A stretch of 63,576 bases of DNA, counting the filler, from Octopus bimaculoides (taxonomy: Eukaryota): NCBI RefSeq assembly GCF_001194135.2. It is 5 parts of 5 records of this genome, joined end to end, with 100 filler letters (N's around TTAATTAATTAA, not from the genome) between each part and the next. Parts side by side here need not be neighbours in the genome. Positions count along the whole stretch, not along the records: positions 1 to 18,829 come from NC_068982.1; 4 more parts are not named here. One strand, written 5' to 3'. Of this stretch, positions 1-14,093 are shown piece after piece. The notes under the pieces were generated by a model. The model saw nothing but the letters and a program-made list of their open reading frames with translations. It did no database searches and was not told where the DNA came from. Position 1 is the stretch's first letter; each line of letters begins with the position of its first letter. A program made the position numbers and the translations under genes.

Positions 1-35
<35 letters not shown>

Positions 36-659
36 TTACCATTCCCAAACAACACCATCTCTCGTCTTAAGATCTGTAGCCGGTTTTAACGATTTCGAAG
101 TCAAGCTTATTGTTCTTATGGACAACAATGACGACGGCGGCGGTGATAGCAGTGGTGGCGGCGTTAGTGGCGGCAGCGGTGGTGGTGGTGGTGGTGGTGA
201 CGGTGATGGTGATGGCGGTAGCTGTGGTGGTGGTGGTGGGGAATGGTGGTGGTTGTGGTCGTGGTTCTGATGCTGATGGTGATACCTGTAGATTATGAAT
301 TCCTTTGGCTAATATTCATTTTTTTTTTACTATTCATCTCTCTCTTCAAGACTGATTACTGTTTCTGTGAAATATTGAGTTACTTTTTTGTTTACCACTC
401 CACATAACAAAGTTTATTCGAAGACTACAAGGGGACCTTTACACTGTCGCTCAGCTGGTTAAGAATAGCTCTCAGTTGTATTAAATGAGAGTAGATTGAG
501 TAGTTTATATATTGTTATCCTCTCTCTACGCCTGATCACTCGTGGATGTCGGCTCCAAGCATAGTATGTCTTTCATTTGTGTTTTTTGTGGATATGGCCA
601 TCTACGGGAGACACCACTCCCGTAGATGGCCCTTGATTCACAATGAACTCATCCGTCTT

Positions 660-1060
660 TTGTTCAAGTTAACTACTGGAAAATATCTCACTCCTGGAAT
701 TTATACAGTCAATGGAGGTTCTTAAGTTTTTTTAAAGATACAGTTTTTCGAGAGGACATATCAAACATCTTTTTGAACCGTTAATTTAGAGTTTGGTCTA
801 GGAAAAGATTTCCCATTTGTTGCTGTAGTTGATGCCTTCGTATTTAAGTTTCCAAAATGAGATTTTTTTCTCCATGTTCACATTTAAAAAATACACCTCG
901 TAACGCTAAATTAATTTTCCAGCTCATTTTCTTGTTATAAAGTGAGATGCGTTCCGAACTGATTTTTTTTCTAAAAACAACACCAACGACAAGCAACACG
1001 ACCACCCGTATGCACGAAAAGAACAATTCCAAACATTCACAGTATAATATTTATACATGA
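660..1060 (-). mobile_element. Penelope-like element relic, C-terminal GIY-YIG region
   Basis: Minus-strand translation EGINYSNKWEIFS*TKL*INGSKRCLICPLEKLYL*...INSRSEIFS matches the PLE C-terminal pattern W.IL...Y.NGSKRC.LC..EK..I...N.RSE; contains several stops. Confidence 0.7.
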
Positions 1061-1599
1061 AAACACTTCAAAGGAGATATGTTGGACAATATATAAGAAT
1101 CGTTATATAGGAGTAGGGTAGGTTCTTGCCACAAAAATTATTCACTAGCATGAGAGTGGTGGCGATGGAATAAGAGTTACTGGTAAGATGAGAGACTCTG
1201 TCTTCTACTTTATAGCTCATCATTATTAACATCTAACAGAATCGCTACCGCGCCGAGCAAAATGCTTTACGATATTTCGTCCTTCCTTCTTTACGTTCTG
1301 AGTTCAAAATCCGTCGAGGCCGACTTTGCCTTTAATGCCTTTGAGGTCGAACACTTAGGTCGATGTAATCGACTTGCCTCCGAACTTGCTGACCTCGTGC
1401 CGAAAAAATTGAAACCATTAACATCTCATTGAGGGGGTGAAGAGATTCCAAAATTGTATAGTGTTTGTGGTGCATTATCTCTTTGTGTAGTTCAGTGTAG
1501 GTACGGAGTAGATTGTAAGCTCCTCTAATAATTTTTATATTACGTTCACGATTACAGTCGTGTGAAACGTCTCTCTAAGTGCCAACCCTTTATTCTATG

Positions 1600-1876
1600 C
1601 TAACAATTTAAGTGGAATTGGTCGAATTGGTCGAATTCTCGTTTCTATTCTCAGTTTGCTCTTGTTCTAACAGCATCAATTCCTCCTTGAATAAACGTTC
1701 TCTGTGGGTCATTAACAATTCAACTTCATAATCCTCTGCGACGTCTTTAAACCCTTCATCGTTTGCAAGTGTGACAATGTCTTTCCAAATTTGATGTAAA
1801 GTTTCTGCTGGTGGAAAACTTGTAAAGTTACAGAATGAGTTTAGCCATATATTTTTCCAAGCTACATTTATAATTG

Positions 1877-1924
<48 letters not shown>

Positions 1925-2110
1925 GTAGAGACATATACACCTACGTACACATCCGTCTGTCCTCTTATCTCCAGACAATAAGTATGTATTTTTCCTTAAT
2001 GTCATATCAGTTTTGCAAAATTTTTGACTGGTGGTTACCTCCCCTTCTGAAAAAGAGTTGTTCCTAATTGCCATTTGCGAATTATGACGCATCATCTAGT
2101 GGCTGAGTTA
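1600..2110 (-). mobile_element. Tigger/pogo transposase C-terminal fragment interrupted by (GACA)n
   Basis: INVAWKNIW...DIVTLANDEGFKDVAEDYEVELLMTHRERLFKEELMLLE resembles the Tigger C-terminus (AWKKLW...EIV.LA...GF..V...DV.ELL.SH..EL..EEL..LE). Confidence 0.65.
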
Positions 2111-2174
2111 ATTTTAATGAATCAAGAATTTATGTTGTAAGGTATCAAATACGCATGTATTTGTGAGTGTGTGT

Positions 2175-2221
<47 letters not shown>

Positions 2222-2669
2222 TATATATTATATATATATATATATATATAAAGAGAGAGAGGGGGGAGAGAGGGGAAGAGAGAGAGAGATAGAGAGAGAG
2301 AGATAATTTGCTTCATCAGGTTGCTCGGCCGTTGGACGTCAGTAGGCTAAAACATTAAACCACAAGACGAAGAGACCATCGCGAAAGATGCCATCATCTC
2401 AACCAATCATGTCACACATAATAGTGAAAATAATTTATCATGAAAAATAATAAAAGTGTCACCTGAAACCACAGATGTATAGTCATGTGTAAACTATGAC
2501 AACTGGTGATAGAAAATAATGTCCCAGTTTCTAAAGAGATGCATTTTGCAAAACAACTTGGACAATAGAGTAACACCTAATAAGAAAGTTTAGTAAATGA
2601 ATGTAGGCTATCACCTACGTTGGCATTTCCCATTAACGCTACCATTTCGATATATGTATATGAGTGCGT

Positions 2670-2777
<108 letters not shown>

Positions 2778-3272
2778 ATACTACACACATACACACACAC
2801 ATCGTTGTTGTTGATAAACTACTAGTTTATATTTTATAGTTTCCCATAAAATGTCACACCAGCTATATTAATGCGTGAATCTGATTCACTGCCAACTGGG
2901 AAAATTCTATTGATTTCTTGCATTTATCTTTTTACTCAATGTAGGAAATTTTTTATTATCATTTAAAGGTTAGATTTAATTATCTCAGTATCCAGTGGTT
3001 TTATGTTGTTTTTTTTTGTGAAAATGGATAAGTAATTGAGATCTTTAACTTTTGCAATCAGTGGACAGCAGTCCTTTTGGGGCACCACCTTGAAGGGCTT
3101 TAATTGAGCGAATTGTCCCAATGCATATTATTTGTTATTTGTTTTAAGTCTGTAACTTATTCTAGCGGTCTCTTTTAGCGAACCGCTAAGTTACGGTGCC
3201 GTGAACTAACCAACACTGGTCGTCAAACGAAGTTGGGAGACAGGCACAAATACAAATATACACCTGCGAGCG

Positions 3273-3355
<83 letters not shown>

Positions 3356-3556
3356 NNNNNNNNNNNNNNNNNNNNNNNNNNNNNNNNNNNNNNNNNNNNN
3401 NNNNNNNNNNNNNNNNNNNNNNNNNNNNNNNNNNNNNNNNNNNNNNNNNNNNNNNNNNNNNNNNNNNNNNNNNNNNNNNNNNNNNNNNNNNNNNNNNNNN
3501 NNNNNNNNNNNNNNNNNNNNNNNNNNNNNNNNNNNNNNNNNNNNNNNNNNNNATAT

Positions 3557-3704
3557 AATTTAAAATGTAGGGTTCAGCAAGTATTGCTTCACCACACACC
3601 GAAAATTAGAAATAGCACTCAAAACTACTATTTCTCTACTAAAATACGACTCTAATTTTCGGTGTGTGGTGAAGCAATGCTTGCTGAACCCTAAATTTTA
3701 AATT
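3557..3704. mobile_element. Foldback/MITE-like element: 54-bp inverted arms with a 40-nt spacer
   Basis: 3557-3610 and 3651-3704 are reverse complements with 2 mismatches. Confidence 0.75.
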
Positions 3705-3968
3705 GTGCTTATATATTTACCGATAATGATTTTTAACACACCGAACTACTTGGTAAAATTACTAATTATCAATTATATATATCAATTATATATATATATA
3801 ACATACGATATACTTACATATATGAACGTATACATATATATGCACGTATCTTCGTCTACGCTCCTGTGTGCTATATGAACATTTTATTGTGGTTTAGAGT
3901 CAAGATTTGGCTGCTATTTTCAGCATGGTGGTATCTCTTAGATACCCTAAATTATAATTTTGATATAC

Positions 3969-4010
<42 letters not shown>

Positions 4011-5641
4011 AACTCAGTATTAACCTCCTCCCACCCATCTTCCACTTCAAACCTTCGTCACCAGAACTTATCCTTCCAGCCTGTACTATACTCTTTACTT
4101 TTAACCTTATAGCAATTGAAACTGAACCTAATCATTTCATTTATGGCAGAATCGAGGTCGGACATCCACACAAGGAATCGATTTTGTAACACGTCATTGT
4201 ATTATTCTCTGCCTTGACCACGACAAAAAGATTGACATCCTTTAGTCCTCAGTGTCCCCAGGTGAAAATCAGCAACACAGGTTAGGTACAGCTTACCGCT
4301 ATAAGATGTTGGAGTATGATATCAATGACTTATAATGTAGGCAATTGATACATAATTTTATCGGCATCGGAGAGATGAAAGTCAGCTACCGGCAGGATAT
4401 GAATTCAGCACATAACGTTAAGAGACATAACTGAATACCACACCATTCTACCAATTCTGTCAGTTCACCAAATTCAGTTAAAACGTATTTCAGTTTTCAT
4501 CAGTGCTTAAGTGCTTAGTTTAAGGACCTCACCAGGTCTGGAGAAAAGAGTGCATGCCCAGTGTGTACTAGTCTAAAGTATTCACCCCTCGAATGACTCC
4601 AGGCATCCCTGTACCGTTAAGTTCACTTGGCAACATGATTCGATCCCATTGCGCAGCAAATATCTTTCACTATAACCTCAGGTGGACTAATGATTTGGGA
4701 GTGGAAGTCAAACAGTCGCGATATTTGTTCTAGCTCTCTGCGCTCTGGGTTCAAACCCTTCCAGGATAAATTTTACCTCCCGTGCTTTTGCGGTCGATAA
4801 GGTACCAGTCCAGTACTATTGTCTCCCTGTCACTTTCTAGCTGTCAGTATCCTTTATCTGTGGTAGTTAGCGAACGAACGGAGGCCAGGAGAGATGAGAT
4901 CATTAGGCAAACGTGAGAGGGCTGTCATTAGGAAGGGAGAGGTGTGAAGGAGAGTTCGAGAGAGGAGGCAATGAGGCGTACTTTGAAAAGCTCAACTGAG
5001 CACAACTGTCCTTGGATATTAGCAAGTTTATATAATGCTTAAGGGACATTTTAATCATTCTGTATATTATTTTAATATTGTCTGTAGCATCGCCAATGAT
5101 TTTTAACTCGATCATTTCGTTTTATTTGTCATCTTTTAATCAGAATAGAAGGCACTACTCCTTTATAGGGACTCCGTGACTTGTGGGAAAAAAGGAGGAA
5201 GATATCCTGAAAGCGGAAACTTAGCGTAAATGTTTCGACTGAGAGGACTCCACTGAAGGATACAGTCAACCATTTAAAGAGAGATCAAAGAATATAAAAC
5301 TTCAGATCTCGTATTTTATTCTTATTTTATTTATTTATTTATTTGGCTTCTTACGACTTAACAGCACCTCTTTCTCTCTTCATAATCTGGCGAGGAAAAC
5401 GAGTCCAAAATGACAGCTTTGCCACTACTCACTGTAGCTTCAAAATTCTCCTAAAGGCTTACTTGTTGCCGATGCAAATCGGTTTCTTGGATTAAAGACT
5501 TTACTGTATCCCCATAGGTTTTACTTTAATTCAGATGATCTTCAGCTAACCTCCATTAAATTTCAACCAGATATGATTCAGATAAGTAGTGAATAAGTTT
5601 ACATATTCACATTAACGACACATTCAGCCACGCTGGTTATC

Positions 5642-5685
<44 letters not shown>

Positions 5686-5695
5686 NNNNNNNNNN

Positions 5696-5737
<42 letters not shown>

Positions 5738-6088
5738 TGTTTCAGTTCTTTAATTATATTACTTTATATCTAAGCATTTAACTTATTCGACGAGCTGTCG
5801 TTGAACAAAATTTGCGATGTTTGTATAGAATCAGGTCTCAAAAGAAAACGAGTAAAATTTCTGTGGTGTTTGTGTGTGTGTGTTTGTGTATGTGAATGTG
5901 TGTAAGTGTATGTGTGTGTACGTGGTGTGTGTCTGTGTGTGGATGAAGTATATTTTAACAAATGTGCTGAAGCAATAAATGTATGAATGTATGTCCATTT
6001 ATATAATATAATATATGTATAAATATACACACATTTATATATTTCGTTTCACGAACAAATAATCAAAATATCTTACACACCCACATAC

Positions 6089-6151
<63 letters not shown>

Positions 6152-6189
6152 GTAAACAGATAAATAAACTGAAAATAGAAGTAAAGAAG

Positions 6190-6400
6190 TTAAGTGTTGA
6201 AGCCGAGACATGATATTAATGATTAAAGAGCAAATCTCAGAATAATCCTGAAGGGGAATAAATTTCCACGTTAAAATCACCAATGAATGACAGCCCGGAA
6301 ATATGATGTACCTTCCTGAAAAACAAGATTGCTGTTCAGTATTCCACCTGTACAGTCTTATGACTCCAGTATAAAGACAACTACAGATGGACGGATGTTT
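6190..6400 (-). mobile_element. Degenerate LINE APE-endonuclease fragment
   Basis: Minus frames give YTGVIRLYR and SFIGDFNVE (GDFN motif); short and frameshifted. Confidence 0.35.
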
Positions 6401-6904
6401 TGAAATTAATCCCTTGAGCAATTATAGACTATTTTAGAAGGGATAGACAAAGAACATTGCTCGGAGGTGTACAAGATGTGAAATTCTTTTTTGAGGATGC
6501 GATCTTGAACATGAATGCGTGTGTTGAAAGCCAATTCCTTCATTGTGTGTTAGAGATGTCTGAGATATATTTGGGAAAATTAATCTTCTTAGCAATTATC
6601 GAGCGATCTAGTAAAATTAAATACTTTATCTTTTATTTTCTTTACTTTTAATAGTGGAGGAGAGATTGTTAAAAAGTTAAAGAAAACAGAAAATATCGAT
6701 CGTACTGTGTATAATGTTAAAAGGCATCGCATAGTAATGAAGCCAAAAGAAAAAAAAAGCCCTAAATTCTTTATTTAATTTTTCTTTATACAAAATATGA
6801 TTTCTTACATTTGCACAAAATCGAAGATTTATAAAACTGAGACTTATTTTATTTCCCTATAAAAGATAAAATGAAGAAAAATATACTCCGAGTGGAATTT
6901 TAAT

Positions 6905-7896
<992 letters not shown>

Positions 7897-7949
7897 CGTT
7901 ATTATTGTCATCGTTGTTGTTATTTTAAAGCTACTCACGGGAAGAAATG

Positions 7950-8393
7950 TCCAAGACCTTGGTAGGCTAATGCTGGTGAGAAGATGCATCTGATGCTCAG
8001 CCTGAACATTAGATAAGTTACAAAATAAAATGATATTTTGACAAATATTTGTTAGACTTGGCATAAAGCAAAGCTCCAAACTTATTTTTTAAAAAAGGAA
8101 CATTTGATTGAATGGTATTGACATCCTCCTCTTGGAAGATGAACTGTAAACTTATTCTATGAAGTAGCCAACTCAGAAACAAAGTCGAGCTCACATTTTT
8201 TATTAATCATTTGATCATCACCCAACAAGGTTTAGAGTTCCACTATTTAAGCTACTCAAATACCAGAAGTTTAACACAAATAATCCGCATTGCTGTTCAT
8301 ATAATCGCCTAAGTAGCCGTTTGTCAAAATGGACGCCAAGTAAATTGTGAAGTATCTGGTTATTTAACTTAACTTGTCCCTTTTTATTATTCT

Positions 8394-8450
<57 letters not shown>

Positions 8451-9550
8451 ATCTACATATTTTTCTCTCACGCTCACAGAATACCTACGTTTTTGATAGT
8501 CATGCTGATCTGAATCAACACTCAATTATGTTATGGGAGATACAGATGGTATCTGCGTCAGCAAAAACGGCCCGACCGTCAAATGCCAGAGAAGGCTTCT
8601 GTGTCTATTAGTGTGGCAATCACTCTAATGCTGACACAATAAAATACAATGGCGATTCTTCCTTTCTCTTTTAGAAGAGACACGTTTCCAGGAATAACAC
8701 CACTAACTACACCTTGTGAATATTTTTGTGAATTTTATTCTAATGTATGCAGTATGTCTTTAGTTTGAGCATTACAATGTCTCTTGATTCACACATGACA
8801 CTACCTTCCCTTTGCATTATCAAAACGGTAAAAAGCAAAAGGTTTCGCAGTGATTTGTCAGCCATCGAATCGGACAAGATTCTGGTTCAGTGGGTAACAC
8901 CTCAGTGGAGTAAGATCGAGGCTACCGTATCAAATGATACATTATCTCGTATCTTCTAATAAATATCCTTGCGACTAAAAATTTCAGTGACTCTACTCGC
9001 AGCCGTTTAGTTACTCATGGAGGACGAAGTTGCCGTCATTACTATTGTTGATTTTAGTCTCTTGTTAACCTTCATTGAGTAGACTGCCTAATTAAATACA
9101 TTCAATCATGACTATCCCTTATTTTTATGAATATCTGGGACTACGTATCCAATGTGTACTCTCTTTGCAAAACGTCATTATCTTCAGTGATTGCAGTGCC
9201 ACCAACTCCTGAATCTCGAGGTCTTCTAATCACATTACTCCTGATTCAGTAACTGAATTGTTTGCTAGATAATATAAACATATAATTGTATCTCTGAGAG
9301 AATACCGAAACCCTAAATATCATTGATATCTTTTATTGATATATTTTATACAGCCGTAACTGTTTCTATGACAGTCGAGTCGTCTGAATATGTCATCACC
9401 AATCTAACGCACATCACATTTTCCTTCAGTGAAGGCACAACACTTCTTGAACTCATTGTTATTTCAAGTCATCTAACTAGTCAGATCTCAACCAGTTTTA
9501 TATAGACCACCCCTAACAGCAAATTTCCACGGTTACTACAAGATATATCT
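7950..9550 (-). mobile_element. Degenerate CR1/L2-type LINE ORF2 (endonuclease to RT N-terminus)
   Basis: Colinear minus-strand remnants SNVIRRPRDSGVGGTAI (RRDR..GGGVA), IVM-GNFVLH (GDFN.H), GSLDLT, NVPFLKNK (ANV.PIFKKG) and PSLTNICQNII (PISLTS..CKI); many stops and frameshifts. Confidence 0.5.
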
Positions 9551-9789
9551 GAGATAGCTTAGTAGGTGGCTAAAGCCAACATTTTTTACAGATTTTTTAC
9601 TCACACCCACAACGCATAAAAGACAAGTAGAAGTAAAGCATAGAATACTTTCGTGAATTATACAGCTTGTAAAGCTCTCCTGCATTCTAAATAATAGAAA
9701 GGCCTTGTTCCTTACTAAATTGATTCGCTATTCACTCACCACAGACCAATGACGATAGCTCTACCAGGAACTTATCATTTTTAACTCTC

Positions 9790-9831
<42 letters not shown>

Positions 9832-9991
9832 AAATTCCTCGTTAGTTCCCAGTCTAACCTCCATGGACATAAAGAGACCACGCACAGAAATGTCGCCAAT
9901 CCCTCCTACCGAACAAAATGACCAGTCCGAAGGTACTCTTTCTTCACCCTTAATAATGCAGTCCAGAGCTAGCAACTATCTTCGTCAGACA

Positions 9992-10127
<136 letters not shown>

Positions 10128-10419
10128 GCTAGCTAGCTAGCTATCTATCTAGCTATCTCTATCTGTCTATCTATCTACTCATATCTCTCTTCTCCCTCTC
10201 TTTCTCTGCATTTCTCTGGAAATCTTTGGAAACATACTAGAGTGTACCCCAGCCACATAAATGGCCACCTCTCTAACCCAATTAATCTTCCCAGAATTAC
10301 AACGTTTAAAGACTCCTTCATGATCAACAGCTTTTATTCTGTCGATAGCACTGTAACAATTTGTTTCCTTTTTTGTCTTTGGCCATTAAGCGTTATTTCC
10401 TATGTGCTTCTATCTAGAA

Positions 10420-10790
10420 AGGAAATGACTACTGTTCCTTTCAAACTTTGCTTGTGACCTGGACATCAATGTTTTGGAACAGACCTATTTTCCATTACAT
10501 GTCAAGCAGATTCAGCGCTGAGTTACTGAAGCAGAACTATTGTTATAGCAAATATCCAGCTCAATACGACAGATTTGCCTGAGTTGCTTGACCTTAACCA
10601 GCTAAGTATGTTTTTTGTAGCTGTGCATCTCTGATCATGAGCAGTAGTGGGGAAGCATCTTAACTATGTATTGATAAGGATTCTTTGGGATTTGACTAAA
10701 TGTAAAAACATCAAATCTTGAAGGAAATATTAGCCATTTTCCATACTTTCTAGGCGTAAGCAAACAGGAAATAACAGTTGCTACTCATGA
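10420..10790. repeat. Unclassified dispersed repeat, copy 1
   Basis: Aligns with 39810-40200 (ttgtgacctggacatcaat...cctattttccattacat...tagcaaatat...gctcaatac...aggaaataacagtt); a fragment also lies at 23581-23611. Confidence 0.75.
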
Positions 10791-13360
10791 ACAAAATTCG
10801 GGTTACACAGTTTAATGGTCTGTTTAAACTTAACATCAGCTGCATCAGTTTCATCAGTTTCATCAGTTTTGAGGGGCTCGTTAAAGGTCATGGGATCTAT
10901 TCCTTCGATCTGACTGATTTATAAAACCAAATGATCTAACTGAATTCATATTTCTATTCAAATCCTATTAGAATTATTTTAACCATCTTTGAACTGTTTA
11001 CAGAAGTAACAAAGTTTCTGTTATTTACGAGAATAAATTAAAATACAGGTCCTTCAGACCGTCTCTTAGGTGTTGCTCTTATGAGATTCTACCAACTCTC
11101 TAGTAACATTGCGCTGTATCAGCACATCTGATGAGATCTCCCACGCAACAAAACTAAGGAGACCAATATCACCGACATCAAATCAACATCAACAACAATA
11201 ACAACTAAAGACACGAACAAAATGAGAAGTCCTTATCAGTTTCGAATCTAGTTTCTTTACTTGAAAAGCAGGCCACAAAATCCGGTCTTGCATAGTTGTT
11301 TATAACCATAATACTGGAGCGTAGGAGAAAAGAATATTTTAATTACTAATACTTGTTATAAATAACTGGCAAAAATATCACTTATGTATTATCATCATTT
11401 CTATTTCCTGCAATTGTGGAAAGGAATTGGTTTCAAAACACAACGATAGTAAATAACGCGGTCTAATTCATATGAATTAACTCTATTCCATTATTTTTCA
11501 ATGTGACATGATATGAATGTATGTCAAACATATCTCTTGAACGATGGTATCAAATACCAGTAGCTATGAATAAACAATTGTTTTCTGATTAATGATCATT
11601 TAGACATTCATTTCACTACGTCAATAAATCATTCAAAGACTAAATGATCTCACAAGTCAATAGCATTTATAATACATTCTTAGGTTTCTCGTCGTTTAAC
11701 AGACACCAAAAAAGAAAAAAAGAAAGGAAAAAATGTCAAACTCGGGTTCAAAACCCTACTATAGATCAAATTGATAATGTTTTGATTTGATTAGCTTCCG
11801 GTGGTAGTTATGCTGATAATAACAACAGCTCTTAATAATTAAATATTGTCTTGTTGAGCTTATCTACAACTATTATTTTATTCATTTAGTTTCTGCATTA
11901 TGTTTTAGTAATTAGATGGATAGATATTTTGTGAATGCCTTAGTTTAGATTCATTTCATTTTTATCACAACTGAAACGTGTGTATCTTCAGTTCAAAGAC
12001 AAATCTCATGGCATATATAGGCAATTTCGTTGTTACCTCATTCAGTATACACACACAATCTAAAACTATACACTCTAGTTTCCAAGAATAATGAAATGGT
12101 ATGTGATGTTTTCCTATATTGTTGATGTCATTTACAGTGTAAGCGAAATAAATTCATCCAACTAAAAGTTGAAACCGGCTGACAACTCTGATTTAATCAT
12201 GTTCTGCTAGACATTGTAGCCTAGGGTTAAAATGCCTGTTATCATAAATACGGTTGTTTAGTTTTGACCTCGGGTTAGTCATCATATACATTAATCGGAA
12301 CATCTAACGCGGAAATCCTTATCTTCTGCTTTTGTCATTATGTTACTAACTTCCTTGCCAGTATTTCGATGTATTCTAATGGTAAGACCCTACTCTCCTT
12401 CGTAAATATTTATCTTTGTTTTCCAAAAGCCGTCCCACATCGAAGGCTTCCGTTGAATATGAATGCGGTCGAAACTTGTGCTTTTGTTACCTACATTATT
12501 TAAAAATTTGCTATTTTTCAAATTTAACGAGACGAAAATTTTGACATCCATCAGGCAAATTTAAATTTAGCAACATTATGTGTTATTAAATGGCTAGAAT
12601 GCCTCTTCTATGATGTAGATACTGATAATAATTCACCAAAATCGTTGTAAGAACAAGGAAATAAAGTTTAATGAATGTTACCTAGTATATGGCTGGTACT
12701 TATTTTAACTCGAGTAATATATCGAACACCATCGCGATTCAGACAGAAATAAAGGGATACAACAAAGTTCTTTGCGATACTTTGTCATGTATGAGAGTAT
12801 GTTTCAGTATCCAACCTAAGATACAATATTACTGACTATAAAAATGCTTTTGTTGCTAGTACATGGGTGAACTGAATTCCATCACACCAGTGTACTAGCA
12901 TATTTCAAAATAATATCAAATCTTAAAAAAATAAAATCTTGACTTCAGATATATATAGCAAACACGGATAAATGAAGAATATAAGGAAGAATATATTTCT
13001 GAATTCCATTTAATGAAACTTCTGTGGATTTTTAACAAATATATTTCATTAGGATGTCTCTGAAGGCAATGATCAAAACACAAATTATGAATATAGAAAA
13101 TTTTAGTCTCATTGAAGGCATTTCGCACTGAATAACGGCAATCCAAAATATTTTTTAACTAGACAAGTTTATGCAAGAAGAGTAAATGCTGATAGATATT
13201 AAAATGAAAATATTTATCAGCATTTTAGTTATCATTATCAACAACGTTATTAATGTTACTGCTATGACGAATGCTACAACTCCTACCATTACTACATATT
13301 GGGATTGAGGCTATCGTCTAACTCCTCCCATCAACATCGCTGGCTCAGTACCTAAATTAG

Positions 13361-13424
<64 letters not shown>

Positions 13425-13479
13425 TATCATCATCATCATCATTATTATTATTATTATCATTATTATTATTATTATTATT

Positions 13480-14027
13480 CAGTAGTTTTATTTTTATAAC
13501 GTGCTTTCACTTCACTACCGAGCGCAGCTCTGTGCGCCTTGGGTATGTGCTGTGGTTTGCTGTGGTGCTCTTATGTTTACTGTATTGAAAGTGTTTTGCG
13601 TAGAATGTGTGCAGTACCCAGTAGTGCAATTTTCTGTATGTTATATATATTTGTAAGTCCTGGTATTTTTGTTATGTATTTGTCTGAATATTTTTTTATT
13701 ATACCTAAGGCACCTACTATGATAGGAATTGTTTCTGTTTTTAGATTCCACATTCGAGTTATCTCTATTTCCAGGTCTTTGTATTTTGAAAGTTTTTCCA
13801 TTTCTTTTAGAGAAACGTTGTCATCTGCTGGTATTGATACATCAATTAGAAAGCATTTTTTTTCTTCATGATCTTTGACAACTATATCTGGTCTATTTGC
13901 CTTAATTTCTCTATCTGTGTGTATTGGCATATCCCAGAGTATGGTTGCTTTCTCGTTTTCTGTGACCTTTTCTGGCGTGTGTTTATACCATCTTTTTTCT
14001 GTTGTTATTCTTATGACCTTTTCTGGC

Positions 14028-14029
<2 letters not shown>
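13480..14029 (-). mobile_element. R4/Dong-like RLE non-LTR retrotransposon, 5'-truncated 3' end (fragment A)
   Basis: Intact 117-aa ORF 13577-13930 with RPDIVV...FLIDVSIP.D...KLSKYKDLEIEI.RMW...PIIVGALG...QKIALLGTAHILRK; flanked on both sides by (TAA/ATT)n. Confidence 0.88.

Positions 14030-14093
<64 letters not shown>

Noticed and set aside
4190-4240. Minus-strand GCQSFC resembling anosmin CQSFC
   Set aside because: Downstream of the FN3 exons, so in the wrong order, and followed by a stop.
4285-4340. IILQHLIAVSC resembling anosmin IILQDLSFSC
   Set aside because: Bounded by stops with no usable acceptor, and adjacent to decayed SINE sequence.
12342-12387. Plus-strand TACTAAC...ccag, 20 nt, gtaaga microexon
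   Set aside because: Not a multiple of 3, branch point very close to the AG, and no partner exons.
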